Source: Geosiphon pyriformis uo1 (lineage: Eukaryota; Fungi; Glomeromycota). From it: 64,000 nt of DNA. Below are positions 38,700 to 50,095 of the stretch, one piece after another. Each line of letters starts with the position of its first letter. Positions within the stretch are counted from its first letter, which is position 1. The position numbers were made by a program, and so were the translations under genes. The stretch is taken from positions 277,008-341,007 of the forward strand of contig JAAOMT010000603.1 in the NCBI GenBank assembly GCA_016748015.1, given 5' to 3'. Below the pieces are notes generated by a model. The model had not been told where the DNA came from. It saw only the letters and a list, made by a program, of their open reading frames with translations, and did no database searches.

Positions 38700-39330
38700 G
38701 AGCATAGCATTCAGGGCACCATTGCTCATTGCAGGGCATTATGCATTCTTCACACAATTTAACATTCATTTGCTCTAGCCGTTGAGCTTAAGCTTCTTTG
38801 GTTGGGTAAGTGTGACTGGCAATTTGGTAATATACTTCTATTTTATCTTTGTAGTTATATCCAGTGATTTCAAAGGTGTATGCAATGTATTCTGATTCTT
38901 TCATTTGACGAACATTTTCTTGAGTGGCTCCATTGATTAAAGCCATTGCTAAGTCGAAAATCATTTTGGCATCATAAGGGTAATGGTACAGTTTGTTGAG
39001 AGCACTGTTGTATGCTGCATCAAAGGGTGTTCCTCTTTTTACTTTTTCTGAAATTGATAAAGCATATTGGCAGGTCTGATTGCAGACTCCTCCTCTCATT
39101 GCTACATCAATCCAATTGCATTCTTCTGGCAGCATATCTCCACAAGTCAAACAAGGGGTGTTATCCCATTTTCCACTTCTTTTTATTAGATGGCCCCATT
39201 GTTCTTTATGGCAAGCCTTACAGTAATAACAAGTATGATTTTTATATTCTTCTTCAGGTGAAATACAGGCTCCCATTGAGGAGAGTTTCTTGTGGCAGTC
39301 CTTGCATTTGAGTGGAATGTAAGAGTGTTG
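38700..39330 (-). pseudogene. Cys-rich insert domain in gypsy pol
   Basis: CKDC, CYYCKAC, CLTC, C.QTC, CEEC..PC...WCPEC, in frame between protease and dUTPase. Confidence 0.7.
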
Positions 39331-39597
39331 TTTTTATGGTTCTGGTTTTGAATAGGGGACATTCCATCTGGTTGTTACTGGTTCTTCTGTTTCAAAAGAA
39401 TTATTTGTTGAAAAGTACTGTTGTTCAGTTTCATCGGCCCAATTGAAGGTTGATCCAAGTGCCATAAATGTTTTAATGATGGGCTTTTCTTCTTCTGGTT
39501 CGAATTCAAAAGCCGGGGCTTTTTCGGAGTGTTTGTTGAATGTACCACAAGTGGCAGGTACCTGGGCGTGTTGTCCTTGGTAGGAGATTGTTAACTT

Positions 39598-39930
39598 TTA
39601 TGTCTCCCAATTCAGATTAGCATTGGCTTTTTGAAGCCAATCATTTCTGACAAGGGCTTGGTACTGGGGCATGTTTATTACAAGAACTTTGACTGGAATG
39701 GTGATTCCATCAAGAGTGAACAGAAAATTGTCAATTTCTCCTACTGGAGTCTTTTTTATGCCATCAGCAGTAATGATTACTGTTTGAGCTGGTTGGTCGA
39801 CATCTCTCTTTAACTGTTGCATTAACTGGTAGGTAATAATGCTTCCAGCAGATCTACTGTCTAGGATCAAATAAATTGTCTTCCTTCAACTTTTGCTTCA
39901 GTATACATAGCCGTGATTGCTTTTTGTTTA
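39598..39930 (-). pseudogene. Gypsy aspartic protease
   Basis: ILDSRS (DSGS), ITADG, ALV(G)NDW. Confidence 0.85.
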
Positions 39931-41975
39931 TTGGCAGCTGCATTGCTAAGCAGGAATAGTGACTCATTTGCTTCGAACTCAAAAGGAAATATTTCTGAAA
40001 AGTTGGTGTTTTCAGCAATTCTGGCTGGTGGGATTGTGGTGGGTGTATAGAAAGGGTTTTGTTGTTGTGCTGCAACTCTACCTTCCAAGAGTGCAGTATG
40101 GTAAAAATCCTGTTCTTCAGATATTGTAAGATAGCTAGGTTGAGTATAATAATGAGTGGGTCTTGACTGAGCTGGATTTCAGGGAACTAATTGGTTGTTC
40201 GAATTGATTCTATTGTTGTTTACTTGGTATCAGTTTTGTGGTGTAAATTGATTTTGTGAGATTAATCTTCGAGCAGGCACTTGATAATGTTGTGTGAGTG
40301 GTTGTTGGTATTGCTGTTGAATTGGCTGTGGGGCAGGCTGATAATAGTTACTTTAATATTGGGGTCTTGGTAGATAGTAAGCTGGTAGTGGTGGTTGATA
40401 ATAAGATTGCTGTGGTGGAGGGTAACATTGATTACTCTTATTTTGTTGGTCTCATTGTAGCTTTCTGCAATCTTTTTTCCAGTGGCCAGGAATTCCACAG
40501 TAATGGCAATTCTGAGGCTGGTTATTAGAAAGTGGTGCAAAGTTATTTTGATTTCATCTTTGGGGTGGTTGATATCTTTGGGGTTGCTGTTGTTGTTGAT
40601 TGGTAAAATAGTTTTCAACCTTCTTTGTGAGTTGGTCAATTTTTTCCTCAGCTGCTGAGCTGGTTTCTCCAATTGCCAAATTTACAAGTTTTGTGTGATT
40701 GGCCTCTTCCATGGCCATTTCATATCTTTTTGCATACTGTATGGCAGAGTTTAAATCTTTTGGCGCATGTGGGCAAATCTTTTTAATTAGTTTATCTTTT
40801 AGACCAGTGATAAATTAATCCAAAATTTGAGCATCGGAATAATAATCATTTGTTTCAAGTTGGCAAATTTGTCTGAAAAGTTTGTTGAATTTCTCAATAT
40901 AAGTTATAACAGATTCGGAGGATTCTTGTTTAATATTGTGAAACTGATTTCAAAGGGTGATGAAGATATTATTGTCGGTAAACTGTTCAAGGAAGGCTGC
41001 TTTGAAAGCATCCCAATTATTAAATGAAGTGGCTAAGTTTTCAAACCATTCTCCTGCTGTTTCTTTGAGAAAGTAGGGAATTGTTCTTAAAATTCTGGTA
41101 GCATTCTATCCATTTGTATCTCCAGCTTTAGTAACTTGGTCGAGCCATTCTTGGAGACTGGTCTTAATGTCTTCTTTATTAAATTCAGGGATTTTTGCAA
41201 TGTATGCTGTCATTTTGTTTTCTTCATTCTCACTGTCTATTGATTCTTCTTCAGTTATTTCAGAGTCATTTTCTTCGTTTGCTGCTGTCTCAGAGTGTTC
41301 ACTTTGATTTTCAGCTAGAAAATCAAGAAGATTGGAACTAGTTTGAAGGGGTTCTTGCTGTCTGGTGGGACTTCTGAGTGATGTAAAATTTTTTGGTCTC
41401 ACAAATCAATTCAAGAGTAAATTAGGTGTTTGTGCTTGTGCAAGTGAAGCTGGAAAAGGTGTAATGGTGAGTGGAAGTTTTGAACTGGTTCTTTGTTCAG
41501 GTGTTTGTAAGTGTTTGGCAGTTGTTTTTGGTAGTATTGGAGTATTTGGGGTGGTTTTTGAGTATTGCTTCAATTTGTGTTTGCCTTTGTTGCTTGTTTC
41601 TGTCTCTCATTCAAAATCAATGGAGTATTGAGACTGCACTAGATATGTTTCTTCACAGTACTTGATAATGTTAAAATTAAATTCTTGAAAGTAAGTGGCA
41701 AGTGTTTCACTGTTAAGGTCTTCAGTTCCCAACTGTGAATAGTGTGCTAAATTGTTGTAAAGGTTGCTTCTAACTTTTGAGATATTGTAATTTCCAAAAA
41801 GATAATTGTTGATGCAGTTTTTAATGTATTGGTATACTGATTTCTTAACAACTTCAATTCCGTCTGGAATGTTGAATCTTTGCTTGCAATAGGTGTAAAT
41901 TGATTGGTAATACTCTAGAGTTGTTGTATCTGATGTGGTCACCACTTTGAAGTTGTTTTGCTGTGTTGTTTCCAT
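39930..41975 (-). pseudogene. Gypsy gag with N-terminal extension and CCHC knuckle
   Basis: ATG 41975 inside the PBS; IPEF...EWL..V.KAG..NG, YL..TAGEWF, FITGL.DKL; CHYCGIPGHWKKDC at ~40466-40508. Confidence 0.85.
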
Positions 41976-41989
41976 GGGAGAGCACCAAA
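41969..41989 (-). promoter_or_regulatory. Primer-binding site of the gypsy element (TGGTGCTCTCCCATGG)
   Basis: TGG (complement of tRNA CCA) 2 nt inside the 5' LTR; tRNA identity not determined. Confidence 0.8.
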
Positions 41990-42978
41990 TGTTACTGGAG
42001 GTTTTTGGTCTCTTTTTTTGAATGTTGTTGATGTTGATTTGCTGTGAATTCACGTTTTCAGGAAGTAGTTGAACCTTCAGTAACTGAATTTATCTTCAAA
42101 TTATCTCCTATAATTTGAACTGCTGGACTTATAAGTGGAATGGCCAATTCCATGCCAGTTGCTTTGTGTAGTTACGTTGTAGTAAACATCAACTCTTTCC
42201 CAGAAATTGCTCATCTGAAAGCTTATTAAAAATGTGTAGTTATTTTGCTGTGAAAGTCAACTCTTCTACAGAAATCTTGTCCGTAGGCTACCCTAATGAT
42301 TGTAATAAGAAATGAAATGAAAAATAAAAGAAATGAAAAAGAAAAAGTAAAACTGATGATTTATAGAAGTCATTTTGGATTCAGGCCTAGAAGTGCTTTA
42401 ACAGTTTACTGAAATTGGTAGCTAGTCAATTTTAAACTGTTAGTAAGAATTGGTTAATTTCAAAAGAAATAATTTAAGAATTTTGCTTTTCGAATTATTT
42501 GATATTTATTTGTCTTTTGGGTATAAAAGATTATTCTACTTGTTTTAAATCTGAAGTAAAATATATTTTCTCGAAGAGAAAAGCTCTTCTTTTATACAAC
42601 TTGTTGTAACACTATTATATGAATTCGAACTTTGCTATTTTCTATAATTTCACTGAACTAAAGATACATTTCGGCAAACTACAAGTTATTTCTGCAAACT
42701 ATTAAATATTTCGGCAAACTATCAATTATTTCGGCAAATTTCTTACAAATTTTGGTGAACTTTTTAAATGTTACATAGTTCAGGGTATTGCATGATTGAT
42801 CATTGCAATTAGGTTGCATTTGTGTTATGTACAAATTGGGTTATTAATTAAATGATAATTTCAGATATTTTACTAATATAATAAGTAATAATTTGAAATG
42901 ATAATATACGCTAATTAATGATAAGATTTATAAGGATAATTTTATGCTAAACAATATCTCTAATTTTGTCTGGTAACA
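41990..42978 (-). repeat. 5' LTR of the gypsy element
   Basis: 989-bp direct repeat, TG...CA termini. Confidence 0.95.
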
Positions 42979-45900
42979 CCAGTAAATGGTAATACAAAGC
43001 TTTCATGAAATATGTGCGTGCATCAGCTGAGGGTTTGCTGGTAAAACCAGTAGCCATATTTAAGTCAGAATGCCACACCAATGATAAGCAACACCAATCA
43101 ATCTTCAATAGCAAACTGCCAGCCAAAAACTTAGAACCAGAATCAACCTCCCAGTATGTATAACAAACTGAACAATAAATGTTATAGACAAAATGTCTAG
43201 AATTGCCAAAAACAATACTACCATTAGCAATCAAGAAATGCTCATCCAGGTGAGGAGGAAAATACCAATTAGAAAGAGAAGCGGCACCAGTGAGTGTGTT
43301 AGCACACTCATTCCCTGAAATGCCAGAGTGACCTTTTATCTTATGCCAACTAACTCTCAAATTCTTACCATAAATAACATTGACTATATAATGATGCTTG
43401 ACCCAACATTAATTACAAAAGTCAGAACACACCAACCCCAATTCCAACTTACAAGCATCTAAAGCAGATTGACTATCTGAAAACAGTTAAACAGAGCTCA
43501 ATAAGAAGACACACTCCAGAGCCAGTGCAATAGCCTGCAATTTCACCAATGTAGATGACATTAAACTCAACACACAAACTCCCAAACCCAAACCAATGTC
43601 CTCAAAATAAGTGGCAGCACCAGTTCTATAGCTGGCTGTGCTCAAATTACTAAGAGACCCATCCATGTATACTAACAAGCTACTAGTACCAGCCTATGAG
43701 AGACAATCACAAACAGACACAAAATTACTAGATTCAAGAATGTTCAAAAATCCAATATCATGTAATACTAAGAGGAAAGTAGGAGAGAAACTCATACTAT
43801 TGAAAAATACAACAGAAAGCTTGAACCACTTAGAAACGGGACCACAGAGGTCTAATCTTTTTAAACACTTGAAAGTATACCAATTAAATACAGCACCATA
43901 ATGATCACAAAGTTGGTCAACAAAGGCAATATCATGCTACTGAAAAGAAGAAAAAAATCTGAGAAATCTTGACTCATCCAGAACAGCAGACATCAGAACC
44001 CCATCATGGAATCGGAAAGAAATGGCCAAAGAGCCACCCATAAATAAATTGTAATCAAGAAGAATATGAACCATGCCTGCCAAGAAATTATTAGAAGTAC
44101 TGACACAAATATGGACAAAAGAATTCAGTAGATAGACAGGATTCTAACACAAAACTTGCAGGTTATGAGACCTGTGAGAAAACAAGTGACCCACAACACT
44201 ACCAGAGTTCACAAAACTAACAAGGGAAACAACTTTACTTTCAGACTGAACTTGGAAGAAAGGTTTTAAACCATAAAAAGAAGGATTATGAATTGTATCA
44301 CTAGAAAAATCAAGTGGTAGACCGGATTTAAGCTTTAAAACTTTGCTAATAAGAGCATCCTATTTGTTGCACACTCCAACAGGAACAAAACTAAACTGCA
44401 TTCTATAGCTAACAATAGGATAAAAAACTGCCAACACCAGATATAAGAGCTGTTTATCTGAGACAGCCTTCCACAAAACCAGATTGGTAAAAAAACAAAT
44501 ATCTGAATTTGCCTTAGCCAAACTAGGCTTCGAAAGACCCTCAATTGAAAAAAAAACACCTAAATACTGATGAGATTCACCCTTTTTGGCAATAGATATT
44601 GGTAAGCCATTAATATACAGAGAAAGATTGCTGATTCTGCTATTAATGGGAATGACCATTGTCTTGTCATTATTAATAGAAATGTTATTTATCCGAAAAA
44701 ATTCACCAGCAACATCAAGAATGTGTTGAGTGGCACTCTGACTGCTATCAACCCAAATAGTATTATCAACAAAAGCACCAGCAGCAAAGAATGAAGAAAG
44801 TTCAGCCCAAGATTTGGCACTCTCATTTTTGAAAACAAAATAAGAATTCAATTTATACTCATATACACACTCCTGACACTTGATTTTACATAACAGCAGA
44901 TCATAAAATATGTGCCACAAAAGGAAAGAAAACATCTCTTTCTGGTCCAAACTATCATGTACCCAATAACTATCCATCAAACCAAAATCTGTCATAATGC
45001 AATTGGTATGACCTTTGTGAATACTACTGAAGAAACAAATGAACTTGCTGTACATCTTAATCCTAACTAAACTCTTTTCAAGATGCTCCCAGCCAACTAA
45101 ATTGTATGTTTTCCTCATATTCTGTAAAACCATCCAAAGTTCCCAATTTTTTTCCAAAGCATCCTCAATAACCAAGCCAATAGCAAAAATGGGAGACTGA
45201 GTTGTTGTACCTTTCAGAACCAAAAAATTGTCCCCATGAAGAATGTCAAAAGTGCTGCATGCCAAAGAAATCTTATCAAAGAGAATTTTGGAGAAAATTT
45301 TACAAGCCATCTCAATTAAAGCAATAGATTGAGTATTTGTAAGAACACCCTCCCAATCATATGGTTTGGAAATCATTGAAACCCAAGCTTCTTTCCAAGA
45401 ACTAGGCACAGATTTGCCAGACAAACAAAAGTTCAAAAGCACCAAAAGCATATCCAAAACTGCTCTATCACAATGTTTCCAAAGTTTATTTGATATACCC
45501 AAGAGACCAGCAGCTTTGCCATCAGACAGAAAAGAAATCACCCCAAACAATTCATTAAACTCAATTGAACACATAACATCAGAAAAGACTTCATCAAAAA
45601 CATACTCCAAAGATTAATATTAATAACCCCAATCACCAGAAACATTATCAACCATGCGATGCTTTCTAGTCCAATCCTCTATGATAATATCCACCTTAGA
45701 TTTAACCAAATTAGATTTTAGGATAAGTTTATCTTCAATAACCAGATGATTGAAAACTATTTTGCAAAATGGGTGCTCCAGCACACTCCTGATTGTATGA
45801 CTCTTATTCACCTTAAAGCTCTCCATTCTCTTATCTATAGCAGCTCTAATGGTTGCCTCTTTAGCCCTCAAAGATTTGGCAAGTTTGGATGTACAAAAAC

Positions 45901-48574
45901 CTTTCTAGTACTACAAAGAGCAGAATGAATGTGACCAGAGCCTGCACCAGAATCCACAACATTTTGAATGATTGAAGCCTCAACATTGTCCAAAAAAACT
46001 CAGCACTTCATGAAAGAATCAAAATTTGCAACATTCTTTTCACATGAAGCCTTAGTAATTTTAGAAACCAAAAGTTCCAATTTGTGATATCTTGAAGACT
46101 CCTTGGTGAAGACATTATTGAAGCCCTTAAACCATCTTTTCTTGAACATTTTATTAGCCAAGAGAACCAATATTTTGTGAACAACATCCCACATCATATC
46201 CAGATCCGAAAACCTCACAGCTGTGGCAAACTCATCTAAGAACATCAATGCATTGGCCAATGTAGCATTACCAAAATCTTTCCATTTAGCTCTATCAGCA
46301 CTCTTAAAATCAAACTTCCAACAATCTCTATTTGCTTGCTTGTGAAAAGAGTTTAACTACATATCCAAAAGTTCACCCAAATCTACAGACATAGACACAG
46401 CCTGATGGTCAGTATCAAAAAATTCCCCAAAGTCAAACACATTTTGACCCACCACAGCATTGACCAAGTTTGAAGAGATAAACAAAAAATTGATTATCTT
46501 AGCCACACCATGAGAGTTAGCCCACATTGGTGTCTTTACATGAAAACTTCTACTTAAGGAATTGACTAAACCAAAATCCAGACACTTTTTGAAACTAGCA
46601 TACTTACAAGAGCTATTTTCATTGAAGTTGCTACTTAGAACTACAAAAGAGGACTTATTTATGGCTTTAGCAATCATAGAATTAATATCACCAGCTTGAG
46701 AAAACCGAGCCACCAAAAAAACACCAGCATAGAGCCCCAGAATTAAAACAGAAAGTTTATTTTTGAAAAGTAATTTAAGAGAGATGAGCCGACCAGGAAC
46801 TTCAGAAACTTTACACACATGTTTTGCCAAAGAAACATTCATGATAATCACAACACCAGAACCCAAATAGCCAGAGTTCAGACCAAAAGTGAAAACTCAA
46901 ACACCATTAAACTTATTCATGATTCATAGGCAAATTTTACTCTTCAACTTAGTCTCAGTAACCACAATAATCAAATTGTTTTGTTCCTTATGCCAACAAA
47001 TTATATCATCTTATTTTGCAGGATTGTTCATGCTTCTAACATTACATGTGGCAACCTTCCAAACTGACACACTTATTAAAAAATAGAGGGAGCTGACAAA
47101 CTCAAACCTGAACACAAACAGTTCAATTTATCCAAAATAGACTCAACCAAAACTTCCAAAGCCATCATCTTGGATTCCAAACCACTGATCTTGGTGGTCA
47201 AAACCTTAGAACTGCTCAAACTCAAGCCAGTAGTTGTATCATTGACAACCTGAGAAGGAAGGGCAAAAATTACTAAAGCATCATCCAAAACCATATCTAT
47301 ATCCAAACTAGAAACCACTGTTACAGGTGATTATTTGGGGTCTCAAATCAAATAACAAACCCATAACTTGGTGCTCAATTAATATAATTAGTGTTGGTAT
47401 CTCTGAAGGTGTTGTTTTATCTGAAGGTTTGGTGGATCTGAAGATTTTGTTGTGGAGTTCTTTGTATAATAGACAGAGATTTAATTGTTGTCTTTCCCAT
47501 AGTCTCCCAGAATCACAATTCTGTCAAATTTTTTTCTCAGTATGGTGGCTGGTAATCTTGGCAGAGATGTTCTTCTGGTAAGCTATCCTTAAATTCTCAA
47601 TTCCAATACCCTTTCTTTGGAGTCTTTTATCAGGCTATCTTTGATATCAATAACTTAATGCTTAACTCTTTAATTAATTTAGTGAATAACAAAAGAAAAT
47701 AAAAGAAAATAAAGAAATAAAGAAAATAAAATAAGAAATAAGTATTCTGTCAATAGCTGTGATTAAGAGCTATTGTGCCAGTAAGTTAAGTAGTAGATAA
47801 TAACATTAATATGGAAGTGATTTCACTTTAAGTTATAGTATTCTATCTTTTGAAGGAAGAATATTTAATAATTATGACCTGTGAATCTAATTGACTCTGA
47901 GAGTCCTACTGACTCTCAGTCTTCTTAATTTTGAGCCTAATTGACTAATTTTCTAACTTCTGATACTATTGCTATATATACATAATTTGAGTTCTATGAG
48001 ATTGCTCATATTTTCGAACAATGTTCTATAATTTCTCAAGCAATGCTCACATTGCTGAGTAATATGCTATGATTTTTGATATTGCTCTACATTGCTGAGC
48101 AATGTGCCTGTAATTTCTGACAATATGCTCATTGCTAAACAATGTGCCGTAATTCTCTGACAATGCTTCACATTACTGAGCAATGTGCTCACATGCTAAA
48201 TACTATTCTCTTATTGGTCTATTTTCTCTATCTGTTTTTTTCTACTATTTTCTTGTATTCTTTTTCTATGAGTAACATTATTTCCTCCTTTAATATTGAG
48301 CTCCTGCAAAATTTTCTAAATTTCTCTTTTGTATCAATGTTGTTGCTGTAATTTCTATTGCTATTTGTAAATCTAATTTTATACGTAACTGGGATTTTTA
48401 ACTATAGCAGTCTGTCCAGAATATCAATTTCAAATTTTGCATTTGTATTATGTGCATGTTCAGACATAATGCTTTCATTATTATCACTGAATTTAGTTAA
48501 TTCTTGCTCCATTGTAAGATCTAGAAGCATGATATATTGTTTGGTATTTGAAGTGGAATTTGAATTTGTTGTTG

Positions 48575-48775
48575 GTGGAGTTTGAATCGTCATTGTTATT
48601 AGCAGAGTTTGAATCATTGTTGTCATTAGCAGAGTTTGAATCATTGTTGTTATTAGCAGAGTTTGAATTGTTGTTGTCATTAGTGAAGTTTGAATTATTG
48701 TTGTCATCAGCAGAGTTTGAATTATTGCTGTCATTAATGGCATTTGAATCATTGCTGTTATCAGTAGAGTTTAAA
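48575..48775 (-). repeat. 27-bp tandem repeat (~7 copies) encoding Asn/Asp/Ser 9-mers
   Basis: Units like TTAGCAGAGTTTGAATCATTGTTGTCA; translation NSNSANDNNDSNSA... Confidence 0.85.
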
Positions 48776-49159
48776 TCGGGATTAAGTTTCAATTCTGATT
48801 TCCATTTGTTCTCACTGATTGGCTCTTCTTCAAATATATGACACATGGGAGTAGATTGTGACTACATCCCAATATTCTGACTCAAGGCCATTAGGTGAGT
48901 TTTTTTGATTTATTGGTACTGTGGGAATTAGGTAAGTTTCCTTGTATGATAGCAGTGTTTGAAATTTATCAGACTTTGAATGTTTGGGTTTTTGAATAAT
49001 TCCTGGAGTTTGAATTGCTAGAGATTTAACAAGTTTTATCGATAGTAAGTTTCTTTGTATGATAATAGAGTTGGAATTATCAGGTTTCGAATGTTTGGGT
49101 TTTTTAACGATTGGGTCTTGAATAATCGGAGTTTTAACAAGTTTTAACAAGTTTATCAA

Positions 49160-50095
49160 AAGTAAGTTTCGAATGTTTGGGGTTTTAACAATCAGGTTGG
49201 AGTTTTAATTTAATGAGTTTTAATGAGTTTATTAATGGTAATTTTCGAATGTTCGGGGTTTTTAATGATCGGGTTTTGAATAAACAGAGTTTTAATTTAA
49301 CAAGTTTTTAATGAATTTATTAATGGTAATTTTTGAATGTTTGGGGTTTTAATGATCAGGTTTTGAATAATCAGAGTTTTAATTTAATGAGTTTTTTAAC
49401 AAATTTATCAAAGGTAAGTTTCGAATGTTCGGAGTTTTAACAATTAAATTTTGAATAAACAAAGTTTTAATTTAATGAGTTTTTAACAAATTTATCAATA
49501 GTATGTTTCGAATGTTCAGGGTTTTAATGATCGGGTCTTGAATAATCAGAGTTTTAATTTAATGAGTTTTTAATGAATTTATCAATAGTAAGTTTCAAAT
49601 GTTCAGGGTTTTAATGATCGAGTCTTGAATAATTGGAGTTTTAATTTAACAAGTTTTTAATGAATTTATCAACGGTAAATTTTGAATGTTCAGAGTTTTA
49701 ATGATCAGGTTTTGAATAAATGGAGTTTTAATTTAATGAATTTTTAATGAATTTATCAACAGTAATTTTCGAATGTTCAGGGTTTTAATGATCAGGTTTT
49801 AAATAATCGGAGTTTTTAATTTAACAAGATTTAACAAATTTATCAATGGTAAGTTTCGAATGTTCAGGGTTTTAATTATTGGGTTTTGAATAATTGGAGT
49901 TTTAATTTAACGAGTTTTAACAAATTTCTCAACAGTAATTTTTGAATGTTTGGAGTTTTAATAATTGGGTCTTAAATAATCGGAGTTTTAATTTTAACGA
50001 GTTTTTAACGAATTTATTAATGGTATGTTTTGAATGGTCAGAGTTTTAACAATCAGGTCTTGAATAATTGGAGTTTTAATTTAATAAGTTTTTCA
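49160..50095. repeat. ~87-bp tandem satellite, about 11 copies, with more diverged units to the left
   Basis: GAATGTT-like anchor at 49247, 49335, 49423, 49510, 49597, 49684, 49771, 49858, 49944, 50032. Confidence 0.9.

Larger units (their letters stand above)
33245..42978 (-). mobile_element. Full-length Ty3/gypsy LTR retrotransposon (9.7 kb), degenerate
   Basis: Two 989-bp LTRs TGTTAC...GTAACA, PBS, PPT, 4-bp TSD CTGG/CCAG, domain order gag-PR-RT-RH-IN. Confidence 0.95.

Noticed and set aside
39860-39890. Programmed gag-pol frameshift
   Set aside because: The shift falls inside the protease N-terminus and is better explained by a 1-bp deletion in a dead copy
41976-42053. ORF start inside the 5' LTR (track ORF 41607-42053)
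   Set aside because: It begins at a non-ATG codon; the true gag start is more plausibly ATG 41975
48548-48841. Plus-strand FESLLLLAE repeat protein
   Set aside because: Antisense reading of the 27-bp Asn-rich repeat
49160-50095. CRISPR-like array
   Set aside because: Units are similar along their whole length with no unique spacers; no cas genes; eukaryotic LTR context
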